Assembly (NCBI GenBank): GCA_910577205.1
Contig: CAJTMA010000007.1
Location: forward strand, 5,373-69,372
Direction: 5' to 3'
DNA length: 64,000 bases
Origin: an uncultured Alphaproteobacteria bacterium
GTDB lineage: Bacteria; Pseudomonadota; Alphaproteobacteria; RF32; CAG-239
Below the pieces are notes generated by a model. The model did no database searches. It saw only the letters and a list, made by a program, of their open reading frames with translations, and was not told where the DNA came from. The position numbers and the translations under genes were made by a program. Within the stretch, counting starts at the first letter, position 1; each line of letters starts with the position of its first letter. This document shows positions 26,406 to 36,483 of this stretch, in pieces.

Positions 26406-26431
26406 AAACAGCACCAGATTTGGTGCTGTTT
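26406..26431. promoter_or_regulatory. Perfect 11-bp inverted repeat between divergent KAP and transposase genes
   Basis: AAACAGCACCA-GATT-TGGTGCTGTTT. Confidence 0.5.
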
Positions 26432-26498
26432 AATAATAGATATTCCTTTGAAATACAATAAAATTCTCTTGTAAATATTAATGCAAAGGAGAATAAAA

Positions 26499-27644
26499 AT
26501 GGGAATGTCAAAATTTACTCAGGAAATTAAAAGTGAAATTGCAGAAAAATACAAAAAAGGAGCGGATGTTATTTTGTTGTGCCAAGAATATGGCATCTCC
26601 AGAAGTTACCTATACAGGATTGTCAAGCTAAAAAAGAAACATCGAAATCCGCATCAAAAAAGCACATATACCCTCTGGGATATAGAATTTATGAAAAGAG
26701 AGTTGATGACGCTTAAAACAGAAAATGAGATTTTCAGAAAAAGCGGTTGTGGATTGAGTGCTTCTAATGATGAGAAAATAGCCGTAGTTGAAAAGTTAAA
26801 AGATGAATATTCCATACATATCATTTGTAAAACGTTAGGATTACTAAAATCAACATATTATCACAGAATAATGAGGGCTCCGGAAAAGAAATGGTATGAA
26901 ATTCGCAATGAAACGCTTAAGCCCGAGATTCTTGAAATATTTAAAGAGAGCAAAGAACGTTTCGGAGCTCCCAAGATAAAAATAAAATTGGAAGAAAAGG
27001 GGATCGCGGCAAGTATTGAAACTGTTGCGAAACTAATGAAAGAAATGGGATTGATTTGCAAACAGAATTGTGTAAAGAAACATAATCCGACAAAAAACTA
27101 TTATGCATCTCCTCTAAACATATTAGAACGAAATTTCAATCCGGATGCTCCAAACAAGTGTTGGGTAAGCGACATCTCTTATATGAATACTGATGGAGGA
27201 TGTTGTTATATCTGTGTTGTGTTGGAGCTTTTTTCAAGAAAAGTTATTGCATATAATGTTTCTGACAGAATTGATACAGATTTGGTTTTAACAACTTTTG
27301 ACAAAGCGTATTTTGACAGGGGCAATCCTAAAAATCTGATTTTTCATTCAGACCAAGGAACACAATATACTTCTTCTAGATTCCAATATGCCTTACAGAA
27401 GAACAATGTTCGTCAATCGCTTTCAAAACCGGGAACGCCGTATGACAATGCGGTAATGGAACGATTTTTCAAATCGATAAAATATGAGTGTTTAAAACAT
27501 AAAACCTTTCAAAACATAGATGAATTGAGGACAACTGTTGAAGAATATATAAATTATTACAACGGAATGAGACCGATGAAAACGCGGGAAAATCTGCCTC
27601 CTAATGAATTTGAACGGCGATATTTTGAGAAAACGGCGTGTTAA
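26499..27644 (+). CDS. IS3-family-like DDE transposase, single uninterrupted ORF
   Basis: N-terminal HTH, FGAPKI, WVSDISY, FHSDQGTQYTS, GTPYDNAVMERFF, YYNGMRP. Confidence 0.9.
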   Translation: MGMSKFTQEIKSEIAEKYKKGADVILLCQEYGISRSYLYRIVKLKKKHRNPHQKSTYTLWDIEFMKRELMTLKTENEIFRKSGCGLSASNDEKIAVVEKLKDEYSIHIICKTLGLLKSTYYHRIMRAPEKKWYEIRNETLKPEILEIFKESKERFGAPKIKIKLEEKGIAASIETVAKLMKEMGLICKQNCVKKHNPTKNYYASPLNILERNFNPDAPNKCWVSDISYMNTDGGCCYICVVLELFSRKVIAYNVSDRIDTDLVLTTFDKAYFDRGNPKNLIFHSDQGTQYTSSRFQYALQKNNVRQSLSKPGTPYDNAVMERFFKSIKYECLKHKTFQNIDELRTTVEEYINYYNGMRPMKTRENLPPNEFERRYFEKTAC

Positions 27645-27660
27645 GATTATGATTTAAACG

Positions 27661-27691
27661 AATAAAGCTCCGTAAAACGGAGCTTTATTTT
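27661..27691. terminator. Terminator between the transposase and the convergent tRNA-Lys
   Basis: AATAAAGCTCCGT-AAA-ACGGAGCTTTATT. Confidence 0.75.
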
Positions 27692-27740
27692 GTAGACCTA
27701 GTCTACTAAAAAGAGTCTAAAAAAGCCTCTTACTTACAAA

Positions 27741-27816
27741 TGGTGAGCGCGTCGGGATTCGAACCCGAGACCCTTTGATTAAAAGTCAAATGCTCTACCA
27801 GCTGAGCTACGCACCC
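27741..27816 (-). tRNA. tRNA-Lys(TTT)
   Basis: GGGTGCGTAGCTCAGCTGGTAGAGCATTTGACTTTTAATCAAAGGGTCTCGGGTTCGAATCCCGACGCGCTCACCA, 76 nt with encoded CCA. Confidence 0.97.
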
Positions 27817-27988
27817 GTTAATTGAGATGAACTCAAACAACGAAGTGATATATAGAAGATAAAAAACACTTAGTCAACATAAAAAATGAAATTTATGCAA
27901 AAAAAATAAAATGTAGTATATTTGTTAATAATTATATGCTATCGTTTTTTCAAATTTTGATATTTTAACCAATTGAGGCAGGTAAATT

Positions 27989-28303
27989 ATGGTTCAAGCT
28001 AATAATTCCGAACAAGAAGGCAAATATGATATTTTGCAGAATGCAGCCGGCGAAATCCTAATTATCATCAAATATCATCAAGGAGGCCCGGAAAATCCGC
28101 GTTTCGTATATGATGGCGGTTCAACAGCTCTGCTTTATCGCAGCCGTGAAAGCGCAATTATGTTGGATAATATTAATGATAAAGCCAAAATGCCTTTGAA
28201 ATCCGTCAACGAGTTGTTGATTGTTGAAATTGAGGACGATGATGTGGCTCGTGAATATAAAGTTCCGGTCAGACATATTCAAAGCTTGGATAGATTTCTT
28301 TAA
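27989..28303 (+). CDS. Hypothetical protein (104 aa)
   Basis: GAGG RBS; terminator follows at ~28311-28347. Confidence 0.7.
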   Translation: MVQANNSEQEGKYDILQNAAGEILIIIKYHQGGPENPRFVYDGGSTALLYRSRESAIMLDNINDKAKMPLKSVNELLIVEIEDDDVAREYKVPVRHIQSLDRFL

Positions 28304-28456
28304 GCCATCTAAAAAAACACCCTGTATTAATACAGGGTGTTTTTTTATGGTTCAAAGAGCTGGCAGATGCAAATATTTCAGCTCAACTACAGGACTTGCA
28401 AGGCCTTAAGACTTGATGGACAAAGAGCAAAATGGTTTTGCTTTGCCGGTAGAAAT

Positions 28457-29056
28457 TTATACTCTTTTTTGCAATCTTGCTGGAACACCATAATAAATTC
28501 CCGGTTCAATCAAATCAGACACTACAACTGAACCAGCACCTATAATTACGTTATCACCTACGTTTATATCCGGCTTAATTGTTGTTCCTGCTCCAACGAG
28601 AACATTGCTGCCTATGCGGCATTTTCCACAAATTGTGCTATTAGGAGCGATATGCGTATAGTCACCAACAATTACCTGATGTTCAACAACAGCTCCGGTA
28701 TTTATGATGCAGCCTTTTCCGATTTGGGTTTCAACAGCGCAATAAGCGTTATGCGCGATAAAGCTTCCCTCACCTATTTGGCAACTGTCAGAAATATACG
28801 CATCTGGTGCAATGATTGTGACACTATTTAATGCACCGTAATCTGCTCTGGTCTGATTATCTCCTGAAGCGACATGAACAGCAGAAATATCTTCCAGCAG
28901 TTCAGTAATAACCGGAAAACCAAGAACTGTTTCACCAGGACGCCCGTATTTATCAACAAAGACTATCGATTTTGCACCGTTTGAGATTAAGACATCTGCG
29001 ACACTTCGCGCATGACCGCCACAACCAATTATGTAAGCTGTTTCAGATTGTTTCAT
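28457..29056 (-). CDS. NeuD/PglD/PerB-like sugar acetyltransferase (hexapeptide repeat)
   Basis: IIGCGGHARSV, INTGAVVEH, left-handed beta-helix repeats, YGVPAR. Confidence 0.9.
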   Translation of the reverse strand: MKQSETAYIIGCGGHARSVADVLISNGAKSIVFVDKYGRPGETVLGFPVITELLEDISAVHVASGDNQTRADYGALNSVTIIAPDAYISDSCQIGEGSFIAHNAYCAVETQIGKGCIINTGAVVEHQVIVGDYTHIAPNSTICGKCRIGSNVLVGAGTTIKPDINVGDNVIIGAGSVVVSDLIEPGIYYGVPARLQKRV

Positions 29057-29148
29057 TTATAGGGACTCCTTTTTGTCAAATCAGCCCCTATAAAATATAA
29101 AAATAAGCACTTACAAACAACAATTAAATAAAGAATATCCCCGTTATC

Positions 29149-30282
29149 TTAAACTTCCTTTATCAAATTTGCTAAATAGTTTCCTAAGGTTTCCATATTG
29201 GTTTGACTTTTAGCAATCAAGTCGCGAACGGGAATGGGCATATAAGCTTTAGCGACAATCGAACGCATTTGGGCACAAAGGTCTTGAGCATCTCCTGCAC
29301 GAAAATAGAGGATACGATCATAGACAACACCAAGGTTGGTTTTAATATCTGAAACGACAACAGGCACACCTAAAGCTGCGGCATCATAAACAGAACCTCC
29401 GCCTGGTCCGCCTTCAAACAGGGTTGTCTGAATGACAGCTGTTGCCCCTTTCATAATTTGCAATTGTTCTTCTTTGGGAATTAAGCCTAAGAATCTGACT
29501 TTATCTTCAATATTCAGCTCTTTTAGCAAATCTTTCAGTTCCCTGATATATTCCGGCCGGCGTCCGTCTTCCATTGCCCCGGTGAAGATAAATTCCATAT
29601 CTGCATCTGTTTTTAAATACTCGGCAAATGCACGAAAAGCTGTCGGATGGTCTTTATGAATCCAAAACTGGTTAGACATCATAAAATAACGCTTGGGAAG
29701 ATGATATTTTTTTATTTGCCGAGAATAATCTTTGTAATAGCATAAATCAATCTTCGGTGTATAAGGCAATACACAGATTTTCTCCGGAGAAGCCTTAAAA
29801 AATTTTATCAAATCATCTTTTACAGTTTCGGCATTAACGATAATTTTCTGCTGACAATCGACCACATTCTGAAAATAGGCATCTCGGGCTTTAATCTCAT
29901 CATCAGAAAAAAATTCCGGCAAATAACAATGCTGGCAATCATAGAGATAGGCAATAGTCTTGATATCGAGCAGCTTTGTTCCCATATAAGGTAAAACGAC
30001 ATCTAGATTATTTTTCAAAAACGCGCTAGCAAGAGATGAGAAATAAATAAATTTAATATTTTTAAATTCTTTAAAAATGCTTTTAGCTTGCCGTATTTCA
30101 CGCTGCTTAACAAAAAAACGTTTTATTCCCTTGAAATTCCGATAATTAATTACATCAAGCATAATAAATAATTCTAACTGTTGTTTTTTGGCAACACTTT
30201 GCAGAGAAAAAATAATATGTTTCAAAAAATCATTGGCACCGGAAAGGCCGGTAAAATTTTGCGTCAAAATGCCAACACGCAT
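29149..30282 (-). CDS. Glycosyltransferase family 4
   Basis: DCQH..LPEFF, QFWIHKDH, TLFEGGPGGGSVYDAAALGVPVVVSDI. Confidence 0.88.
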   Translation of the reverse strand: MRVGILTQNFTGLSGANDFLKHIIFSLQSVAKKQQLELFIMLDVINYRNFKGIKRFFVKQREIRQAKSIFKEFKNIKFIYFSSLASAFLKNNLDVVLPYMGTKLLDIKTIAYLYDCQHCYLPEFFSDDEIKARDAYFQNVVDCQQKIIVNAETVKDDLIKFFKASPEKICVLPYTPKIDLCYYKDYSRQIKKYHLPKRYFMMSNQFWIHKDHPTAFRAFAEYLKTDADMEFIFTGAMEDGRRPEYIRELKDLLKELNIEDKVRFLGLIPKEEQLQIMKGATAVIQTTLFEGGPGGGSVYDAAALGVPVVVSDIKTNLGVVYDRILYFRAGDAQDLCAQMRSIVAKAYMPIPVRDLIAKSQTNMETLGNYLANLIKEV

Positions 30283-30292
30283 TTCATATCTC

Positions 30293-30757
30293 CTATAGTC
30301 TTTTTATGCAAGATAAACGATCCGTTACAAAACCTAATTTTTGATACAGGGAAACTGCAGTTTTATTATCTGCCGACACATCAAGCGATATCTCGGCAAT
30401 TTGTAACTCTGCGGCCAAATCCATTACCGCTGCCATTAATTGTTTTCCTAATCCTTTGCCCGAAAATTCAGGAAGAACAGCAATATGGTTTAGATGTAAA
30501 CGCATTATCCCAAAACAATCTTTGGGGTAGACATAAGCCAAGCCGAGCATTTCCCCTGCGTCAAATAAGCCGAAAACAACAGCTTCTCCGGCGTTCAGAA
30601 AATCTGCGCATTGCTTTACTTTGTCCGCAATGAATTCGTTAGAAAAGACAGCGGCAGGAAATGAATGTTGAAAAGACTCTAAAAAAAGTTCCCTTATTGT
30701 TTCATCATAAACAGAAAAATCTTCTGATTTCAATTTTCTGATATTTATACCAGTCAT
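30293..30757 (-). CDS. GNAT-family N-acetyltransferase
   Basis: IAVLPEFSGKGLGKQLM, N..AVSLYQKLGF. Confidence 0.9.
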   Translation of the reverse strand: MTGINIRKLKSEDFSVYDETIRELFLESFQHSFPAAVFSNEFIADKVKQCADFLNAGEAVVFGLFDAGEMLGLAYVYPKDCFGIMRLHLNHIAVLPEFSGKGLGKQLMAAVMDLAAELQIAEISLDVSADNKTAVSLYQKLGFVTDRLSCIKRL

Positions 30758-31458
30758 ACCAGCTTTCCTTTGGTAACCATATTTTTGACGGTGTCAACAT
30801 CATTAAACATCAGCACATCGATAATTGACAAGAACGGAACAAACTCTTTCCCAAATTGGGGATAGGCTTCTATTTCTTTTTCTAAGAATTTTAAAGTTAA
30901 ATTTTGCGCCGCAAAATCTTCTCGGTTATAGAGATGCTGCCCGTTTATGTTGTTAATGTATGTTTCCCCATTTAATTTTTGGGTGATGTCAATGATTTTG
31001 CTTTGAGCATTAACATCACGGTTATAATCAATATCTGATGAAAACAACAATTCCGTAGTTATTCCCAGACGGGCGTTAAGGTGTCTGAGGCTATACTCAA
31101 TTAATTTCGGAACATTTCGGTTATCATAATTGACGACATCTTCAATGAGCGAAAATGTTTCCTTAAAATACGGCGCATGGCGATAGGCATTGGCAATCTT
31201 ATTTAAGTAGTCAGCTTTAAGCTCCGGATTTGACGTAAACGACACTTGGTTGATTAAATCCCGAGAGCCATGCTTATCGACAGCCAACGTTACTTTCGTT
31301 TCTTCACCATTTTGCAAAATCGTATGGCGATTAATCCAGCCTCTTATCCATTGAACATCATCATAAAGAACATATACATCCACTGCATTTATCAGTTGAA
31401 AGTAGCCAATATAAGGAAAAAGATATGGCTGCATTACGGCAATTTTTTTATTTGGCAT
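30754..31458 (-). CDS. WbqC-family protein
   Basis: AVMQPYLFPYIGYFQLI, DDVQ..RGWINR, YRHAPYF, LSIIDVLMF. Confidence 0.92.
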   Translation of the reverse strand: MPNKKIAVMQPYLFPYIGYFQLINAVDVYVLYDDVQWIRGWINRHTILQNGEETKVTLAVDKHGSRDLINQVSFTSNPELKADYLNKIANAYRHAPYFKETFSLIEDVVNYDNRNVPKLIEYSLRHLNARLGITTELLFSSDIDYNRDVNAQSKIIDITQKLNGETYINNINGQHLYNREDFAAQNLTLKFLEKEIEAYPQFGKEFVPFLSIIDVLMFNDVDTVKNMVTKGKLV

Positions 31459-32542
31459 AAAATTCTCCTATTTTAGCGCAAATATAATCCACGTCTTTTT
31501 CTTCCAATGCCGGATAGGAGGGCAGATTAATACCGCGCAACGCAATATCTTCAGCTACGGCATGGCGTTCATATTTCTGCGCATAGACCGGCATGGTGTG
31601 AATCGGGTAAAATGTCGGACGGGTTTCAATTCCCTGCTCTTTCAGATAATTACGCAGTTCTTCGCGCTCGCTTTCACTATCGGCCAGAATTGAGCACATC
31701 CACCATGTATGGCGAACCTTGCCGACAGCGTCATGGAATTTGACCGGAAGATTTTTTAATTTTTCTTTATACCATTTGGCAACATTTTGCTTGCGGGCAA
31801 TAAAATCTTCCACCTGCTCAAACTGAGCCAAGCCAATGGCAGCCTGAATATTAGTCATCCGGTAATTATAGCCCATGGTATCATGCCAATATTCCCGATA
31901 TTTGGCCAAGCCCTGTCCTTTGAAATGCACCAAACGACCATACAAATAATCACTATTGGTTAAAACCATGCCGCCCTCACCGCAAGTAATGGTTTTATTG
32001 CCAAAGAATGAGAAGCAGGCGACATCGCCGAAAGAACCGACTTTTTTGCCTTTATATTCCGAGCCAATAGCCTCGGCGCAATCTTCAATAACAAAGAGAT
32101 TATGTTCTTTGGCAATAGCCATAATTGTATCCATATCGCAGGGATGCCCATAGAGGTGGACAACCATAATCGCTTTGGTTTTCGGCGTAATTTTGGCTTT
32201 GACATCTTCCGCATCCAACTGCCAAGTATCCGCCCGGCTGTCAGCAAAGACAGGCGTTGCGCCGACTTGCAAAATCGGATTAGCGGAGGCTATGTAGGTA
32301 AATGTCGGCACAATAACCTCATCCCCTTCTCCCAAACCCAGAGCAACCAAAGCCAAGTGAATGGCAACCGTTCCGTTGCACACGCCGGTGCCGTGTTTGA
32401 CGTCGATATAACCAGAAAAGGCTTTTTCAAAATCATTGACGAATTTTCCCTTTGATGAAATCCATGTTGAATCAAGGCATTCGTTCACATACTTTTTTTC
32501 ATTTCCGGTCAAGCTCGGCTGATAAACGGCATATTTATACAT
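31448..32542 (-). CDS. per: GDP-perosamine synthase (DegT/DnrJ aminotransferase)
   Basis: ECLDSTWISSKG, IEDCAEA, SFFGNKTITCGEGG, GYNYRMTN; clustered with gmd. Confidence 0.87.
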   Translation of the reverse strand: MYKYAVYQPSLTGNEKKYVNECLDSTWISSKGKFVNDFEKAFSGYIDVKHGTGVCNGTVAIHLALVALGLGEGDEVIVPTFTYIASANPILQVGATPVFADSRADTWQLDAEDVKAKITPKTKAIMVVHLYGHPCDMDTIMAIAKEHNLFVIEDCAEAIGSEYKGKKVGSFGDVACFSFFGNKTITCGEGGMVLTNSDYLYGRLVHFKGQGLAKYREYWHDTMGYNYRMTNIQAAIGLAQFEQVEDFIARKQNVAKWYKEKLKNLPVKFHDAVGKVRHTWWMCSILADSESEREELRNYLKEQGIETRPTFYPIHTMPVYAQKYERHAVAEDIALRGINLPSYPALEEKDVDYICAKIGEFYAK

Positions 32543-32600
32543 TCAGATATTCCTCCTAAAAGCTATACTATAAAAAAGCAGGATCAGTTTTTATCATCTA

Positions 32601-33434
32601 TCAGCCCCTTACCTTTAATGCCGGAATGAAACCGAAGAGATAATGACGAGATGTTTTATTAAAAGATATAATTCTCCATATCAAAAGCCCACAGAAATAA
32701 TAAGATTTGATTTTATGTGCAAGATTAATATGCTTTTTATAGATTGCAGAATGATCTTTTGCTTGACGGTCCTTATATTTTCGATTAGTGCTTAAACCAC
32801 CGAGTTCAAAATTAGCTATTATTTCATTCAAGTAAGAAACTTTTTTACCTGCAAACTTCCAAGCCCTAATATTGAATTCATAGTCAGCATAAATCGGATA
32901 TGCTAAATCATACCCTCCTAATTTTTCAAAAATTTTTTTATGATAAAAAATAACCTGATGGCAAATACCTTTACGAAATACACTTTTAGCATTTTGAGCA
33001 TAGCCATAGTAATTAACTGTATTACCTTCATGGTAATCACTTGTATCCTCTCCGCTTTCCGGATTTAGAAAAAAGATATCTCCGAAAACAATCAACGGCT
33101 GGGTCTCATTAAACCTATCAACCACTTTTTGGCAAACATCATCTGAATAAAAGCTATCATTAGAATTTAAAAAGTATATAATATCGCCGTGTGCTGCTTT
33201 AATACCTTTATTCATAGCATCATAGACACCCTTATCTGGCTCCGAAACCAAATAACCTAAAAGAGCCTCATACTCTTGAAATATTTTAACAGTATCATCG
33301 TTTGAACCGCCATCGACAGCAATAACTTCAATATTCTGATAGGTTTGCGATTTAATACTCTCCAAAGTTTTTCGCAAAGTAACTGCCGAATTCTTGGTTA
33401 CAACAATAATTGAGATTAAAGGATTATGCTTCAT
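32601..33434 (-). CDS. Glycosyltransferase family 2
   Basis: VDGGSNDDT, SEPDKGVYDAMNKG, ICHQ, YADYE. Confidence 0.9.
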   Translation of the reverse strand: MKHNPLISIIVVTKNSAVTLRKTLESIKSQTYQNIEVIAVDGGSNDDTVKIFQEYEALLGYLVSEPDKGVYDAMNKGIKAAHGDIIYFLNSNDSFYSDDVCQKVVDRFNETQPLIVFGDIFFLNPESGEDTSDYHEGNTVNYYGYAQNAKSVFRKGICHQVIFYHKKIFEKLGGYDLAYPIYADYEFNIRAWKFAGKKVSYLNEIIANFELGGLSTNRKYKDRQAKDHSAIYKKHINLAHKIKSYYFCGLLIWRIISFNKTSRHYLFGFIPALKVRG

Positions 33435-34489
33435 TGTTTAATATACCATTCATAAAAGTCTTTGATACCTTGTTTGAGGGGGATTTTGGGTGTCCAGCCC
33501 AGAGATTTAATACGGGTAGCATCCATCATTTTGCGCGGTGTGCCGTTTGGTTTGGAAGTGTCATATTCCAGTTTTCCGGCAAAGCCCGTGGCTTCTTTAA
33601 CGATTTCAAACAAGTCTTTTAACTGAATATCATCCCCATTGGTGATATTGACGTGTTCTCCGATATCCTCATAGTCTTTATTTTCCATCAGGTAGACACA
33701 GGCATCAGCCAAATCGTCAGAGCTCATCAATTCACGATAAACAGAACCATCTCCCCAGAGAACAACCTTGTCCCGGAAAGCACCAACTTGATTCAAAGCC
33801 CATTCAAGCGAAGCATTATCGGTATAATTAACTTTCTCATCCAATCCCCAGCCTAATTTATATTTCTGCAAATCGGTGCGGATAGCTTCAAAATTATTTT
33901 CAGACAGCAGCTTAGCTAAATGGAAACGGCGCATAATCATCGGCAGCAAGTGTGCGGTTTCCATATTAAAATTATCGCCAATACCATATTGGTTTGTCGG
34001 CATAACCGAAATATAATTTGTGCCATATTGTTCATTGTAATAACGGCACATTTTTATTGCGGCAATTTTAGCCAAAGCATAAGCTTCATTGGTTTTTTCT
34101 AATTCCGAAGTGAGGAGGCAATCCTCTTTCATCGGCTGCGGCGCCAAACGCGGATAAATACAGGATGACCCCAAGTTCAAAAGTTTTTTAACCCCGGTGA
34201 GGTAAGAACTGTGAATAACGTTAGCATCTATCATCAAGTTTTGATAAATAAATTCCGCCGGATAGGTTTGGTTAGCCATAATCCCGCCGACTTTAGCCGC
34301 GGCCAGAAAGACGTAATCAGGTTTTTCTGCTTCAAAAAATGCTAATGTCGCCGCCTGATTGGTTAAATCCAATTCCTGAGAACTGCGGGTTATGATATTG
34401 GCATAACCCTTTTCTTTCAGTTTACGAACGATTGCCGAACCTACTAACCCTCTGTGGCCGGATACATAAATCTTCGCATCCTTTTCCAT
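33431..34489 (-). CDS. fcl: GDP-L-fucose synthase
   Basis: GHRGLVGSAI, AAAKVGGI, LGSSCIYP, YALAK, KPNGTPRK. Confidence 0.95.
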   Translation of the reverse strand: MEKDAKIYVSGHRGLVGSAIVRKLKEKGYANIITRSSQELDLTNQAATLAFFEAEKPDYVFLAAAKVGGIMANQTYPAEFIYQNLMIDANVIHSSYLTGVKKLLNLGSSCIYPRLAPQPMKEDCLLTSELEKTNEAYALAKIAAIKMCRYYNEQYGTNYISVMPTNQYGIGDNFNMETAHLLPMIMRRFHLAKLLSENNFEAIRTDLQKYKLGWGLDEKVNYTDNASLEWALNQVGAFRDKVVLWGDGSVYRELMSSDDLADACVYLMENKDYEDIGEHVNITNGDDIQLKDLFEIVKEATGFAGKLEYDTSKPNGTPRKMMDATRIKSLGWTPKIPLKQGIKDFYEWYIKQ

Positions 34490-34492
34490 GAT

Positions 34493-35560
34493 TTAAGCCT
34501 CTCTGGGGGTTAAAGTTTCATAACCGTTATCGTTCAAAAGCTTTTCTTTCTTGGCCAGCTTCAAATCTTCGGCAACCATTTCTTTAACCAAAGCGGCTAA
34601 ATCATAATTAGGTTTCCAACCCAGTTTTGTTCTGGCTTTGGTACTGTCGCCTAAAAGGAGTTCTACTTCGGCCGGGCGGAAGAAGCGCGGATCAACTTCA
34701 ACCAACACTCTGCCGCTCTGCTTATCAATACCTTTTTCATTAACGCCTTCGCCCTGCCATTCAATATCAATGCCCAATTCTTTGAAAGTCATGCTTACAA
34801 AGTCACGGATTGAAGTGGTCGTGCCGGTCGCCAAAACATAATCTTCGGGTTTGTCCTGCTGCAATATCCGCCACATTCCTTCAACATAGTCTTTCGCGTG
34901 ACCCCAGTCGCGTTTGGCGCTTAAATTGCCAAGGTATAACTTATCCTGCATTCCTAAAGAAATGCGGGAGGCGGCCATGGTAATTTTACGGGTTACGAAA
35001 GTTTCGCCACGACGCGGGCTTTCATGGTTAAACAAAATGCCGTTAGAGGCAAAAATACCAAAGCTTTCGCGGTAATTGACGCAAATCCAATAAGCATAAA
35101 GTTTAGCTACGGCATAAGGCGACCGCGGATAAAACGGGGTGGTTTCGGACTGTATCGGCTCTTGTATCAAACCATATAATTCGGAAGTCGACGCCTGATA
35201 AAACTTTGTCTTTTTTTCCAAACCGCAAACGCGAATGGCCTCTAACAAACGCAATGTGCCAAGCGCATCCGTATCTGCAGTATATTCCGGGCAATCCCAA
35301 GAAACTTTAACGTGCGACTGCGCAGCCAGATTATAGACTTCATCAGGCTCAACTTCTTTTATCAGGCGGATAAGGTTAGAACTGTCAGTTAAATCACCGT
35401 CATGCAGCTTTATTTTTCCGGCAAGGTGGTCAATTCTCCCGGTGTTAAAGAGTGACGACCGGCGTTTTATGCCATGAACTTCATAGCCTTTTTCCAGCAA
35501 AAGCTCTGCCAAATATGATCCGTCTTGTCCTGTAATACCTGTAATTAATGCTTTTTTCAT
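34493..35560 (-). CDS. gmd: GDP-mannose 4,6-dehydratase
   Basis: [51 protein letters not shown]. Confidence 0.97.
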   Translation of the reverse strand: MKKALITGITGQDGSYLAELLLEKGYEVHGIKRRSSLFNTGRIDHLAGKIKLHDGDLTDSSNLIRLIKEVEPDEVYNLAAQSHVKVSWDCPEYTADTDALGTLRLLEAIRVCGLEKKTKFYQASTSELYGLIQEPIQSETTPFYPRSPYAVAKLYAYWICVNYRESFGIFASNGILFNHESPRRGETFVTRKITMAASRISLGMQDKLYLGNLSAKRDWGHAKDYVEGMWRILQQDKPEDYVLATGTTTSIRDFVSMTFKELGIDIEWQGEGVNEKGIDKQSGRVLVEVDPRFFRPAEVELLLGDSTKARTKLGWKPNYDLAALVKEMVAEDLKLAKKEKLLNDNGYETLTPREA

Positions 35561-36483
35561 TACTTGTCCTCGTTAATTAAGTTAATTCCCATGATACGGA
35601 TGACGCGGCGGCCTTTCCGTAAACGAAAAGTCAACAGCCAATGGCGAAGCTGTTTCAGTTTCTCATAATGTTTCCAATAAAAAAGATATTTGTGTTTGTT
35701 CGGCAGAGAGGTTCGGCTTAAAATTTTAAGCAGCAAACCAAGCGGCATCTTGCGATTATCTTCGATTTCCTGTGCCAGTTCTTTGCTACAGCCATAAACT
35801 TCTCGTTTGACTTCAACACTCTCTGCATTCAACATATCCATATGTGTGCCTGACAAACCGTCTTTGCCGAAAACAGCATAAGATACCGGCACTTTTACAA
35901 AAGAAGCCCCTTTTAACAAACTGCGCAGAATGAAATCATAGTCCGCAGAGATTTTATATTTGATGTTGTGCAATCCGACACGTTCAAACAGGCTGCGTTT
36001 AAACACCATTCCCTGATGGCAGCAAGCCATAGCGCCGAATATGGTTCGAAAATCCATATCTTTTTCATCATTGCCTATGATTTTTCCGCCTTTTTCATAA
36101 CTGACGGGAGAATATGAGAAATCCGCCCGACTGTGACGCAAGGCTTTTACGGCCTCTGCCAAACCAGCCGGATTATTCAGATAGTCGTCAGAATTAATGA
36201 AGCAGACATATTCACCCTGAGCCTTTGCAATACCGCGATTAAACGCATCATAAATTCCTTTGTCCGGCTCAGAGAATATTTTTATCCAACCCTGATTTTC
36301 ATAGGATTTAAGAAAATCAAGCGTTCCATCCGTCGAAGCGCCGTCAATTACCAAGTGTTCGATACGGACATCTTGCTGACTGCGAATACTCTCCAGGCAA
36401 CGGAGCATTTGCTCCCGCCGCCCGCTAGACAACAGGTTAAACGATGCGGTAATCACACTGACATCAAATGGCTTAGGCATCAA
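35560..36483 (-). CDS. Glycosyltransferase family 2
   Basis: [34 protein letters not shown]. Confidence 0.9.
   Translation of the reverse strand: MMPKPFDVSVITASFNLLSSGRREQMLRCLESIRSQQDVRIEHLVIDGASTDGTLDFLKSYENQGWIKIFSEPDKGIYDAFNRGIAKAQGEYVCFINSDDYLNNPAGLAEAVKALRHSRADFSYSPVSYEKGGKIIGNDEKDMDFRTIFGAMACCHQGMVFKRSLFERVGLHNIKYKISADYDFILRSLLKGASFVKVPVSYAVFGKDGLSGTHMDMLNAESVEVKREVYGCSKELAQEIEDNRKMPLGLLLKILSRTSLPNKHKYLFYWKHYEKLKQLRHWLLTFRLRKGRRVIRIMGINLINEDK

Larger units (their letters stand above)
21388..27746. mobile_element. AT-rich defence island integrated at the 3' end of tRNA-Lys
   Basis: Visibly AT-rich relative to its flanks; direct repeat AATGGTGA at 21388-21395 and 27739-27746; defence cargo and a transposase. 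Confidence 0.8.

Noticed and set aside
21388..27746. Prophage
   Set aside because: No structural, replication, lysis or integrase genes.
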